DNA of 63,928 nucleotides, the filler included, from Craspedostauros australis (lineage: Eukaryota): NCBI GenBank assembly GCA_030167865.1. It is 9 parts of 9 records of this genome, joined end to end, with 100 filler letters (N's around TTAATTAATTAA, not from the genome) between each part and the next. Parts side by side here need not be neighbours in the genome. Positions count along the whole stretch, not along the records: positions 1 to 18,236 come from JALAGF010001631.1; 8 more parts are not named here. The stretch is one strand, 5' to 3'. The position numbers were made by a program, and so were the translations under genes. Positions 1 to 11,861 of the stretch are shown here, piece by piece. The number at the start of each line of letters is the position of its first letter. The stretch's first letter is position 1. The notes beneath the pieces are model-generated. The model ran no database searches and was not told the DNA's origin. It saw only the letters and a program-made list of their open reading frames with translations.

Positions 1-1592
1 GTCATTGGCATTGGCACACAGTGCAGGACATGTCGAACACGTACGTAAATAAGCGCAACGTCATGTTGACACGGGAAAGGCGTGATCTAGTAATCCCATT
101 AGTGCTTGACTCGACAGATCCCAAAACCGTACAACACGCCTCAAGCGTGAGCAAAGCAAAATCCGACCATTATATGGTCTTTACCGCGGTTCCCATGTCT
201 TGTCTTTGTTGTACCCACAAGTTTGTCCGGTCAGCAGGGCACTATTCCCCTTCGGCAGGACGATCATAAGCGGCGGTCTTGGGTTTCTGTTCTGCGCCTC
301 ACTACGTATTTCAATTTTAGCGAAATGATGTCGCAACACGAAACCAACACAGAAGGATCGTCGAAGCTCACGAAACAAACCAAACAGTAAAAACAGATGG
401 CGGGCTGATTCCACTGATCTCTGGATCAAGTCACCAATCGATGGATCGACTGGTTGATTGCGTTGGTTGGTGCGTATCTACGTGCACGTACCCAAGTTGT
501 CACGAATCGAAGAGACGCCAGTACGAACGGGAAGGCGCAGACAATACGAATGCTCCGCTGCCGGGGTGGATAGAACAGTGTACGACGAATGGTGGAACAA
601 GGAAGAAGGGAGAGGATCTTGCTGCGCGTGTTTGCGCATCTTCCCCCACAAAGAACGATTTGTTGGCGCAACCACTTGGTGCGAATGGAGCGCGAGCGCT
701 CGCAAGTACCTCACTTGCACGGCATTCGCAGGAGCCAACCAAGCACAACATCAAATGCACTCGTGGCCTCCCCCGTCGAGAGGTGCAGGTATTGCAGTTC
801 CGCACGAAGGCACGACCGGTTCGGCACGAATGTAACAAAAAGAAGACGGATCGTCTCCATCGAGATGTCATGGTGCGGTGTATGTCAGGGTCTCACCAAC
901 ACTAGTCAAGCGATGTGGAGTGGGTGAGCGTCCACATCATGCCTACACGAGTGCGGTACAATACATATACATTCATTCTCCTATCTACCATACCGACGTA
1001 CGAGGAATATGCTCGCATTGGCGCGTAGGCGTGTGTGGACTAGATCGATCGCGGTGTAGATAATGTGCCATGGCTGAAACGGAGGGAGAAGAAGGCTCAG
1101 CTTTGGTCCCAGTCACTTTGTCCAGTCGCCGTTGTCGTCACGCCCAAGGCAAAACGCGAAGGGAGTCGCAGCGCTTCATCTTGAAGAATGCTCTACTCTA
1201 CTCAAGCTTCTTCCACACACAATCCATGTTGTGATTCCGGTTGCAATCCGATCCAATGTAGGCGTCAAGGGATGAGGTCGCCAGAGCTAAGCGAAACGAG
1301 ACCCGCATCGATCTCATGTTCTCCGAGTGCATTTCTCACCCCAAGGCGCATCTTTGTTTTCTCTTTCTGGCATCACAGTAATCCATGGAACGCTTTGTGC
1401 ATGGATGTCTCCTGGTTGATCACAGTTTCCTTTCTCCCCCAGCCACCCGTGCCACCCCTGGCACCCATCCACTCACTATCTGAGAGAGAATAGGACGAAA
1501 GGATCTGCCGTCCACCGCTGACAGCGCCAAGTATCCTGCCTCCTTCGCAACATCTCCAGGGACATTCATTGGTTCGTTGGGTTCGTCCACCA

Positions 1593-2273
1593 TCACGCAT
1601 CGGCTGATCCGGCGCCATTCGCCTCGATCCGCTTCAGGATGCGTGCTGGCACCCCGCCGATCACAACATCGTCCGGGAAATCCTTGGTCACAACTGCCCC
1701 TGCCCCCACCACGACGCGATTGCCGATCGTGACGCCCGGCAGGATGGTGGCATTGGCCCCGATCCACACATCATGCCCGATGCGGATCGGCGCCGTGAGC
1801 TCATCGCCGGCCGACCGCACGGCCGCCTCCAGCGGATGCGTCGCCGCGCTGATGCAGACGTGAGGTGCCAGCAGGCAGTTGTCACCGACCGTGATGGTGT
1901 TGCAATCCAGGATGGTGCAGCCGTGGTTGGCGTAGAAGTTCTTGCCGACGATGAGGTTGTATCCGTAGTCGACGTGGAAGGGTGATTCGATGCACATGCC
2001 TGCCTGCGAGTGGACGATGAGCTGGCGCAGGATTTGTTGGCGCTTGTCGGGGTGGGCGGGCGAAGTTTGATTGAGCTGGAAGCACAGCTCCTTGGCGTGT
2101 ATGCGTTCCGCCAACAGCTCCTCATCGAAGGCTTGGTACAGATCGCCGGCCATCATCTTCTCCTTCTCGCTGCGTCCATCCTTCTTCTTTTCATTGCCGC
2201 CGGCGTTGCCGCCGCTGCTGTTGGCATTGATGGAGGGATCTGCCACAGTTGGCGTTGTTGATTCGCTTGCCAT
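1593..2273 (-). CDS. maa: Maltose/sugar O-acetyltransferase (Mac domain + hexapeptide left-handed beta-helix), intronless
   Basis: SEKEKMMAGDLY...IESPFHVDYGYN...FYANHGCTILD...IGHDVWIGANATILPGVTIGNRVVVGAGAVVTKD...GGVPARILK are hallmark Maa/LacA-family motifs. Likely start is ATG 2273 (MASESTT); the ORF is open to 2396. Confidence 0.9.
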   Translation of the reverse strand: MASESTTPTVADPSINANSSGGNAGGNEKKKDGRSEKEKMMAGDLYQAFDEELLAERIHAKELCFQLNQTSPAHPDKRQQILRQLIVHSQAGMCIESPFHVDYGYNLIVGKNFYANHGCTILDCNTITVGDNCLLAPHVCISAATHPLEAAVRSAGDELTAPIRIGHDVWIGANATILPGVTIGNRVVVGAGAVVTKDFPDDVVIGGVPARILKRIEANGAGSADA

Positions 2274-4555
2274 CCTTCCTTCCTTCCTTTCGATCGTCGA
2301 ATGCTCAATAGCGGTGAATGTCTGTTGGTTGATTGCCTGTTGCTGCCTCACGAGGGGTGCGCATACGGACTCGCAGTGAGACCATTTGGAATGCATTATC
2401 CGCCATCATCGCCATCTCGATCCGCTGAACCTCGAAGGCATCACGACCGCAGAAAACATGCTCAACCAAAACAAGAAAGATACGGTTTCGCCGATGTTGT
2501 CCCATTCACGACCCAGACCATCCGCAACGACCCATTCGATCGAATTGTCGGATCGATACACGAACGTTCCAATCCTGCTGCGACACAATGACTCGTCCGA
2601 CCGTACGGTCACTGCGAAAGGCACGAGTCGTGCGCAGAAGGCGCCCCAGCAGATTTGTTTGAATGGCGCGCACGTATGCAAGATGTGGCGTTTCGGGGGT
2701 TGTATTCATCATCTGTTCGTACTCGTATTCGTAGTTTTGCGTCAGGTTGCTGTGCAAACACATGGAAGTGGATGGAAGTGGATGGACTGGTGGGAATGAT
2801 GTGGTTTGCGGATGGACAAGCCAGGCACGAGTAGTCGTACGGTTACGAGGAGTTTGTGAGTCTGTGTGTACCAGTGGACGGATACAGGGGTGGTCGACGG
2901 TGGGATAGATGAAGATGTGGAAGGAGCAGGCGTATTCGATGCACCAGTATCGATGATGGGAGAACAAACAGATGTAAATGCAAGGCCAAAATACAATGGA
3001 TGCAGCGATGTACGATTAGAACAAAGAGACAGAGAGAGAGAGATGACTAAACTGTGAATAGGAGAGCTGCATTTTTGTCGAAGGCAGCTGGTGAATGGAG
3101 AGAGAGAGAGAGATGGAACAAGAAGAAGCTGCGGTTGCACTGGTCCACGTGATGAAGGATACTAATACATGTGCCTCTGCAGTACGAGGATGGGGATGGA
3201 CATGGTGTAAACACAGGTGAAGATGAACACATGATGGTGTTTGAAGTTTGCGAAGGCAGGCGATACCGCGGATTGGCAAAATCGGATTGCTTGGAGTCTT
3301 GGTTGCGACGAGGAGGTTCCGCTGTGTCGTGACACAGAAATGTCGCAGTGCTCTATGTAGCTGCTTATTTGACTGGGCACATTAGTCGTGTGGGACATGG
3401 AAGCGACATGGTAGTGACACATAGTGTTCACATGTTAGTACCACGCAAAAGAGACGCGAACGAGGAAATACTACATAAGCGAACAACGTGGCGGCAACCA
3501 CAGCGACATCACGAACGACACAGGCAACGATAAGAGAAAAGGCGAGAGCAAGAACACAACCCTCGCGCCCCAACAGAACACGACACGAAGCAAGACAGAA
3601 GGCATCCGTAGCGATTGGAGTTGCCATCCTCATCGACACTCACAACCGCAACAGCCGCAACAACAACAACGAAGAAGCAACAAGACAGAAGCGGACACCG
3701 AAGGCAACGGTCATCGAAGTGCATCACAACTCCGCCCATTCCCATCGAGGCAACACAAAACCGTCCACAACATCCGTGATGGTGTGAGTCTTGAAAGGAA
3801 GACTGTCATCACAAGTACAAGAGCAGGTACAATCGCAAGTGAGAGTGCTCGCACAAGTAGACATACCATCATCTTCCCTTCACCTCCATCTCCACGGACA
3901 TCCATGCGAAGGCGCATAGCAGTGGTTGTGTAGTCGTACCATACAGCCGCAACACCAGTATCATCAAAAGGAACAACAGCGGCACCCACATTCATGCACT
4001 GAGAACGCAAACCCAACACGCAAACAAAGCATAATTCATACCATCACCCACACAACCGCGCGTTGCACCAAGAACTCCACCAAGAACTGCGACAACAACT
4101 GTGACAACGACAGCGTCTGCATCGCTCCGTTCGTATCATTGCCGCTTCGACTTTGTCTCTGCCATTGGCATTCCCTCTGCTCATACTCCGAGTACATCCG
4201 CAGAACGAAAGGTCCACGAACATCGTCGCACGGCAACGACCATAAATCAGCAGAACCGCCAAACGGAAGCAGTCAGGCAGGCAAACAAGCAAGCAAACAA
4301 GCCCCTGTCTGTCTTTCTCTCTCTCTCAAACACGAATACATCGCTCGCACAAACGCGCACCCTCCAGACACTGTTTCACACCGCCTCCTTGGCATACCAT
4401 CACAGCAGCGACAACAGCAACAACATCATCATCATCACAAGACCACAAATGCATACTGCCACAAAGGCAGACGGACCACAACATCACAATACGACTACAA
4501 GGACGAGCACCAGCACGAGCACTAGCACTAGCACTAGCCCTAGCACTAACACAGT

Positions 4556-5443
4556 ATGAGCAACTTCCATCAGATGGCAATGGCCAGCGCTGCTGCTGCA
4601 GCCGCTGCATCTTCGTCGCCCTCATCACAGGACGACCCAATGCGCAAGGTCAGCCTGGAACCGGACGATGAGGACGATTGCACCATGGCAACCATGGCCA
4701 TGTCCATCGACACCAGCACCGTCGCTAGCTCCGTGGGCGTAAGGCTCATGGATGACGATGATGGTCAGCCAAACGCAATGTCCCGCCATTCAGCCCATCG
4801 CCACCAGCAACAGCAGCAGCAACAAAGAGAGAGGAGTGCAAGGCAGTTGTCAGCCTACGGTCAACAACAGCAGCAGCAGCACCAACAGCACCAACCCCAG
4901 CAGCACCAACAACAGCAACAACAATATCGCGCTTCTTCATCTCAGCCACCGCGCGTCAACGTCTTCGCGCAACTGGCAAAGCAGTACGTCCAACGCCTTT
5001 GCGCAGAGGTCTACGAATGCTACACGCCGCGATTCCAGCAGATACGCGGTCCCCACCCTGCCTTCAACTTCAGCATGAAACCAAACCAGAACATCGCGGT
5101 GCATCTACAACCCACCAACCTGCGTTCGGCCACCGTGCGCTCCGCAGAAGCCGATTCCATCCTCCTCACCGTCTACTACCCCATCGCCATGGAGGTCGTC
5201 GGCGATGCCATCCTCCGACAGTCGCAGTTCGTGCAGAGCCTCATCTCACTCGGATCCTTGCGACAGCAACCAGGCAACAACGCAGGCTACGTCCTGCAGG
5301 CCACCATCACGCTCAGCATGGACGACATTGCGCCCCAGACCCTTCTGGAGTACGATGACTTCCGCGACACCGTCGAGAGCCTCATCGATACGGCAGAGTT
5401 CATCCAGTTCGAATCGTGCAAGGTGCCGGTTGTTATGGATTGA
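4556..5443 (+). CDS. Hypothetical protein with a low-complexity poly-Q/poly-A N-terminus and a ~150-aa globular C-terminal domain
   Basis: 295-aa ATG-initiated ORF with coding-like, C/G-ending codons in the 3' half. No motif recognised with certainty. Confidence 0.65.
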   Translation: MSNFHQMAMASAAAAAAASSSPSSQDDPMRKVSLEPDDEDDCTMATMAMSIDTSTVASSVGVRLMDDDDGQPNAMSRHSAHRHQQQQQQQRERSARQLSAYGQQQQQQHQQHQPQQHQQQQQQYRASSSQPPRVNVFAQLAKQYVQRLCAEVYECYTPRFQQIRGPHPAFNFSMKPNQNIAVHLQPTNLRSATVRSAEADSILLTVYYPIAMEVVGDAILRQSQFVQSLISLGSLRQQPGNNAGYVLQATITLSMDDIAPQTLLEYDDFRDTVESLIDTAEFIQFESCKVPVVMD

Positions 5444-5892
5444 GGATCAGGGGGAATGCACATTTCACGTGGAGCCATTTGGGAACAACGAGGGAACGAC
5501 CACACGGGTCGTGGAAGCTAAACAACCACACAGCTCGATCCTAATCGTGAGGATGTGAGAGCCTCTGTCGCAGTCATTAGTGCAACCGAGCAATTGCCAT
5601 CGTACAGTAAATGGTTCCTATTTTTATGCACTGCCTTGTCGAAGAGTCGTGCGACTGCCGACCACGGATGGCTGTTCAACCCGATTCTGCAAAGACGTGC
5701 AGGGACGGTTCCTGAGGAGGACGGACTCCTCCAAAGCGAGAGAGATATGCTCCACCTCGATGGGTATCGAGGAAACAGCATACAAAGTAACAACGATTTC
5801 ATAACAAGATATTATTATATTCTATAATAATACATTTACATACATTCGGAACATGAAGACTCTGTGCTCCTGCTGGTTAGTGGCGCCACCGC

Positions 5893-8800
5893 TTAGATGG
5901 TGATGTTGAACACGGGGTCGTCCACCAACGTATCGTTCAACTCTATTCCATCCACCAACGTCTCATTGAACGCGGTCTCGTTGAACAAAGTCTCGTTGAA
6001 TGATGTGTTGTTCACCTGCTCGGCGGCATCCTCCAGGTCTTCCACCGTATTCCCGGTCGTCTCCGTGAAATACTCCAACGGATCGTCGCACGTGCCGGAC
6101 AGGAAGCAAGTGGCAGTACCGCGGGCCTCCCTGTGAGCTTCCTCAGCTTCCTTGATGCGGCTGTCGAGGGGAGCGTCGCGCACCATCGTCCAGCACGTGA
6201 AGCCGAACAAGCCGAGCAGGACCGCCCAGAATCCAAGGAACGCGTACAGCGATCTCTTCTCATTCTTGATGGTGAACAGCAGCGGCTTCTTCGTCTGCTT
6301 GCCGCGGTTGAAGCCGTGCATCGCACCGGCGGCGGCGAAGCGGATCGTCACGCCCACCATGACGGATGGCAGAACGCCCCAGTACCAGCCGGAGCAGGAA
6401 CGGATGGTGGCGTTCACGTCGTGTCCTGCCATGCCCGCGATCGACATGGCGGATTGGTCGCGTGGGAAGCCAATCGTGTCGGGGTGCACCGTCAAGCCGC
6501 TCTGCTCCGGCATGCAGCGGTACTCGCCCACTGAGATGGACTCGATGAAGAAGCGCAGTGGGGAGACCCAGCCGGCGAAGAGCTCGATGAACCCGCCCTC
6601 GTAGATGGCTGCGGGTAAATGCATACGGGCAAGTAAGCAACGGGTGATTGGATTGGATTGAATTCGATTGAATTCCATTGGATAGATTGTATTGATGGCG
6701 AAGAATAGAAATGGGAAGGTTTGCAACCAGATGTATGTGAGCTACAGTGAACACGCCGCATCGCATCGCATCGCATCACATCATCGCAAACATACACAAA
6801 CAACAACAATCACAGTGCCTCAGACAACGCTGGATGTTGGCACGCAGCTGAACAACCAGCAATACTCGCAATACTCGCAATACTCGCAATACCAGCAAGT
6901 ACTCACTCTCGTAGGTCAGTGGTGGGAATGCACCACCCAGCAACAGACCGCAAAAGGCAAAGTAGAAACCCAGCACCACCACGACGTTGTCTGCTGGAAT
7001 CACCTGCGGGAAGAACAACGCCCACGAAACGCTGATCCATGTCAGCGCCAAGAAGTGGACGAAGTACGAGAGCCAGCTGCCGAACGGGTTGCGGATCCAG
7101 ATGGAGAAGAACGATGCCAGGATGATCTGGATGGAATGCTCAAGCGTGCTCACGATGTTGATGGCCAGGAAGTAAGCGTTGAGGTCGTAGCCGCTGGCTG
7201 CCTCGCGGAAGAATTCGACGCGCTTGTTGATGGTGGTCTTGGCGGCTTGCAATCCGATCAGAACGGCGACGATCAGTCCTGCCTTCAGCGCAAAGCTTAA
7301 GTGAGGCACCAGAGCGTAATTGAACAGCTCCAAGAAGAACTTCTCGATCTCCTTGTTGTTGGGACGCACGGCCTCCTCGAAGTCCAGCTCGGGATCGCTG
7401 CCGCGACTTGCGACGACCACGTCCTCTAACAGGCAAATGGTGATCATGGCTCCGATAACGACAAGGCTGTCGATGATCTTGCTGAATCGATTGCGATACG
7501 ATACCAGCATGGCACGTGTGATCTGAAAGTACAGCTGGACGAAGAAGTTGGCCTTGGTGACGGATTTCGGCACATCGTACTGTTCGGGGACGGCGTAGAT
7601 TTCACGTTCCTCGCCGTCCAGTGCTTCATAGTGCACCTTCCACTCTTCGTACAACCAGGCCCGCCTCGACTTGGGGTCATTGATGCCTTCCGTTTGGTTG
7701 TGTGCGCCGCGTCCCTGATTCGCTGCCGTTGCGTCCCTCACCAGCGGCTGCGTCTCATTGAGGGTCTGTTCGACACCGTCATCATCATCGCCCGTTTCCG
7801 ACCCATCGGTAATGGCATCTTCTTCTGCCACTTCTTCCGGTTCCATTCGTCCAGAACTGATGTCGATCAGCCAATCGGCCAAACTCTCACCAAGCGGGAG
7901 GACGTAGTTGCGTTGCTCGAAGTAAGGACGGGCCTCCGGGACGGGACCATGGTACACCATCTTTCCACCAACACCGAGAAGGATTAGACTGTCGAAGAGA
8001 TCGAAGATGAACTTGCGTGGCTGATGGATCACAGAAACGATAGTCATGCCCTGATCGTCGACGAGATTCTTCAGCGACTGCATCACCAGCAGAGCAGAGC
8101 TCGAATCCTGTTGTGATGTTGGGAATGGACATGGCAGCAAATGGAATATGATCGATCATCGTGGCAGCAAGGCCATAAGAAAGCGCAGCGCCAATAGCAA
8201 CAGCGATGACAATTGTGAGAGACATTATTGTTGGTGATGGTGGGATTTGCGACGATATCTTTCCAACATCTTTCCGACTCTTTTCCAAGCCACCGAGGCA
8301 ACAGAGGAGACCAGCAAGAGGACGCATCCCAGCAATCCAATCCAATCCAATCCAAGCAACAATTCAATGCAACGTACCAATCCCGAAGTGGGCTCATCCA
8401 AGAACAGGATGGACGGACATGCCATCAATTCAAGCCCGATGTTCACGCGCTTCTTCTCTCCACCCGACACACCGCGGCGGTGCACATCACCGACCATGCT
8501 ATTCGCAACGCGGGACAAACCGAGACTGGCCAGCGTGTCGTCTGCCAGATCGTTAATGACGCGGTCCGGTGTGCCCTTGGGGAGCCGGAATTTGCCGGCG
8601 TACATCAGATTCTCGCGCACGGTCAGCTCGGCGTACACCACATCATCCTGTGGCACGAAACCGACGCGATCCATGATACGCTCGATCTCCATCACCTGCC
8701 CGTTGATGTGGATGGTGCCGGAGGTTTCTCCGTAGTAGGCTCGTCCGCACAGAGCGTTGAGCAAGGAGGTCTTACCGGCGCCGGAGCCGCCCATCAACGC

Positions 8801-10516
8801 TGTCATGGTCTGGGCTTGGACGCGGCCGGACACGTGGTCGACGACGTTGATCTTGCTGTCGCCGACGGAAACGGTCAAGCTGAGATCCTCGAAGCAAATG
8901 TCAACGCCGAGCTTGGCGCGTGCGGACATGCTGGTTGGACCATCGGCGCTGGCGCTGTTGAGAACCTCATTCGGCAAACGGGATGGCTGCAAGTCAAGGG
9001 TGACTTGTTCCAAGAACGAGGGGTAGTATTCGACGAAGTCCGCACGTGTGATCATGGAAGCGAACTTGCTGGACTGACCCAAGGTGATGCGGCTGCTTGC
9101 GAGATTTCTTCGATTCTTGATGTGGTCTCCGTCACTCTCGCGTTCGCTCAGTACATCTGGACGCTCGGACATCATCTTTGGGCTGCCGGATGCGCTGCGG
9201 AAAAGCTTGATCATGGCATTGATTTGCGTGTCGCTGAGGTAATTGGAGATGGAGGAATTGTAGAGCTCGCGCGGGCGAATCTCGGTTGGGAGATCATTGG
9301 ATGCATCGCGTCTGGTGCGCGTGAAGAAGTTGTCATCTACCTCCGCCATGGCAGCGATCTCGTCGAAGAGATTTCCAGCTTCTTCCGGTGTGACGGTAAA
9401 ATGCGTCGTCTCCTCCAGCACCTGCAAGAAATGCCTGACGAATGTGAGCTTGGAGACTTGGCGGGAATCCTTGTTGACCTTGTCAAGCTCATTCATGCGA
9501 CGCACGAACTCATGTAGCTCGACTCGGTTGAGCTCCATGACCATGTTGAGTTCCTCGAAGGAGAGGTACTGGTCGTTGTTGGCATCCAAAATGCGGAACA
9601 TTTGCAGTGTGTCAAATGTGAACTGGTTGGTCGTGCTGCTGGTGTTGGTATCCTCCTTGCTGGAGATGCGTCTGGAGTTGGCGGTGAAGATGGACTTTCT
9701 GTTGCTACTGCTCCTGCTACTGTTCGTGCGGGTGCTTTGCTTGTCCAAACGAGCCGAGATGATCTCGAGCTTGGGTCGAAGGCGTTCCAAGCGCTGGTTG
9801 TCGCGTTGCTTCGTGCGTTCCATGATGAGGCGCAGACTGTCGGTTTTGCGTTGCTGCAGCTCGACGAGCTTGGCGAAGAGGTCCTTTTGGTATCTCTTGA
9901 GCATGTAAAACAGAATATATGCGATGCCTACGAACAGGAAGAGGCTCATGATCACGTATCCGTAGTAGTCGCGTTCCATCTCCGTCGCGCCCTCGTCGCA
10001 TTCCTCGCAATCGAAGAGATCGGGATCGCGCGATTTGAAAGGGCAGAAGTGACCGGCTGGGCAAGGCAAGGACTCCTCGGGAGTTGGACAGTAACGACCC
10101 CTGGGACAGTTGAGGATATCCGACCCTCCGAGCGGGCAGTAGACACCTCCGTAGACATCGCCGACCTGATACAGCTCGATGGCAGCCTCCTGCAGCTGCG
10201 TGCAGTTCGCCATGCGGTTCTCGCCATCGCACACGTAACCGTGGGGACAGGACAGCCTGCCATTCACGTCAGTGCCGCGGAATGGGACGATTTCGGGACG
10301 GCAGATCTCGGTGGCGAGCAATGCGCAAGTGATATTCCACTCAGTTTCACAGCAACCCTCGTAGGCACGGCAGATGTAGTCGGAGCAGGTGGTGTCGAAA
10401 CACCCAGCCTCGTCGCTCGCGACGTTGCAAGAGTTCTGGTTGGGTTGCGCATTGGCGATCGTTGAGACGATGACGACCAATGATACAAAGGGAGTTGGCA
10501 AGCCAAACAACTTCAT
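5893..10516 (-). CDS. ABCG (White-family) half transporter with signal peptide, Cys-rich ectodomain, extra TM and cytosolic EF-hand; 3 exons (10516-8378, 8107-6907, 6608-5893)
   Basis: Walker A GGSGAGKT, Q-loop VPQDD, signature VSGGEKKR, Walker B LFLDEPTSGL|DSSSA (intron in the D-loop), H-loop IHQP, then TM domain (FFREAASG). The GT-AG introns keep the frame. EF-hand loop DANNDQYLSFEE. Confidence 0.9.
6860..6895. repeat. Intronic minisatellite (CAATACTCG)x~4
   Basis: Read directly from the sequence; lies just inside the ABCG intron 2 donor. Confidence 0.8.
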
Positions 10517-11861
10517 GTTTGTGCACGTATGTATGGTACGTAGGTATGTGCGATTGCTTGGATGCTGCCGTAAGATAGTGTGGTCGAATGTGCGGTTGCC
10601 TTGCTGCGATGAGAAAGAAAGTGAGAAAGTGGAAATTGGAGCGTGCGGAGTCGTGAAGAATTGAGGGTCGACAGGTGAGAGATGTGTCAGAGATGCTCGC
10701 GAAGAATTGCTGGTCTCTCGAGTGCGGTAGAACTCGTATTGGTATGGTGCCCATGAGCACATTTGAGCCCAGCTCAGCTCACTTCAGATCGTTATCATAG
10801 CCATCCATCTCCATTGTCAACTCCATTGCCAAACAATATGCCACATACCTGCTCGTTCTCTCAGTGGTGGTTCTTCTTTTGTTCTTTCAGATAGATCGCG
10901 AGACGAAGGATGTGGATAGTTGGCTGTCGGAGCAGTTTGATGTCGAAGTTGACCAGTAGTGCTGAAGAAGAGAGAATCTTCCAATGTGGCGCAAGTAGAG
11001 AAGAGAGCAGATTCCTCCACGAGTATTGTGTGGTAATAGGATCCCAGTTGCGTGTAGTATTATGACTCTGTGGAGCAACCTTGTGAACGATGGGTCAAAT
11101 GTTTCGACTTCCAATGCCGCAAAGTTTGGGCTTTGCTGATTTGTGAACAGTGATGGAGGACAGCACCAACGGCAATTGTCACAATCACAACACCGACACC
11201 AAAGACACATGCGATGTCCACACCCGCACGTGCGCAACAGCAACAACGCTTCCGTTTTGGTGTTCTACCCGATCCGGAAGCGACACCACTTCGCCAGTAC
11301 CACCGATGGCGTTCACGAGTCAATCTCCAATCGATCCGACTTGACAAAAGACTTCAAATTTGTTCCCCGCTAACACTTCGCACAGATTTTTGTGATGTTG
11401 CTCGAGTCGTGAAAAAGCGACGAAAAAGCACGAAAGCAGTCGCATGAGTCATCCGTTTCACGAACAAGGTTGATTTGTGTTGTGTGATATTTATTCGTCC
11501 GAATTACCTTCTGCACGGCGTTCCACCATGATGTCATCAACATTCTCTGTGACTTTGACGAAAACCACATCCACGATGAAAGAAAATGACCAAAACCTTC
11601 GCCGAGCGAGCAAAAACAAGTAGAGTTTGCACGAACCAAGGAACCTCACCGCCACCACTGCGCACCATCGTCACTGGCATCATCTTCTCCACGCAACCGC
11701 AACAATCGCAACAACTGCGCCAACAACTGCGCCAACAGTGGCAGCAATATCAACATCAATGAACTTGCGAGACCAACTCCAACGTTCCGCTCAACCTCAC
11801 GCCGTCCAACGAAGCCAACAATCCGCCTGATGAACAAGGCGCTGTTGATGCGAGCACGAAG

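Noticed and set aside
2400..4550. Numerous short ORFs upstream of maa and of the poly-Q gene
   Set aside because: CA/AG-rich microsatellite-laden intergenic or UTR sequence without coding signatures.
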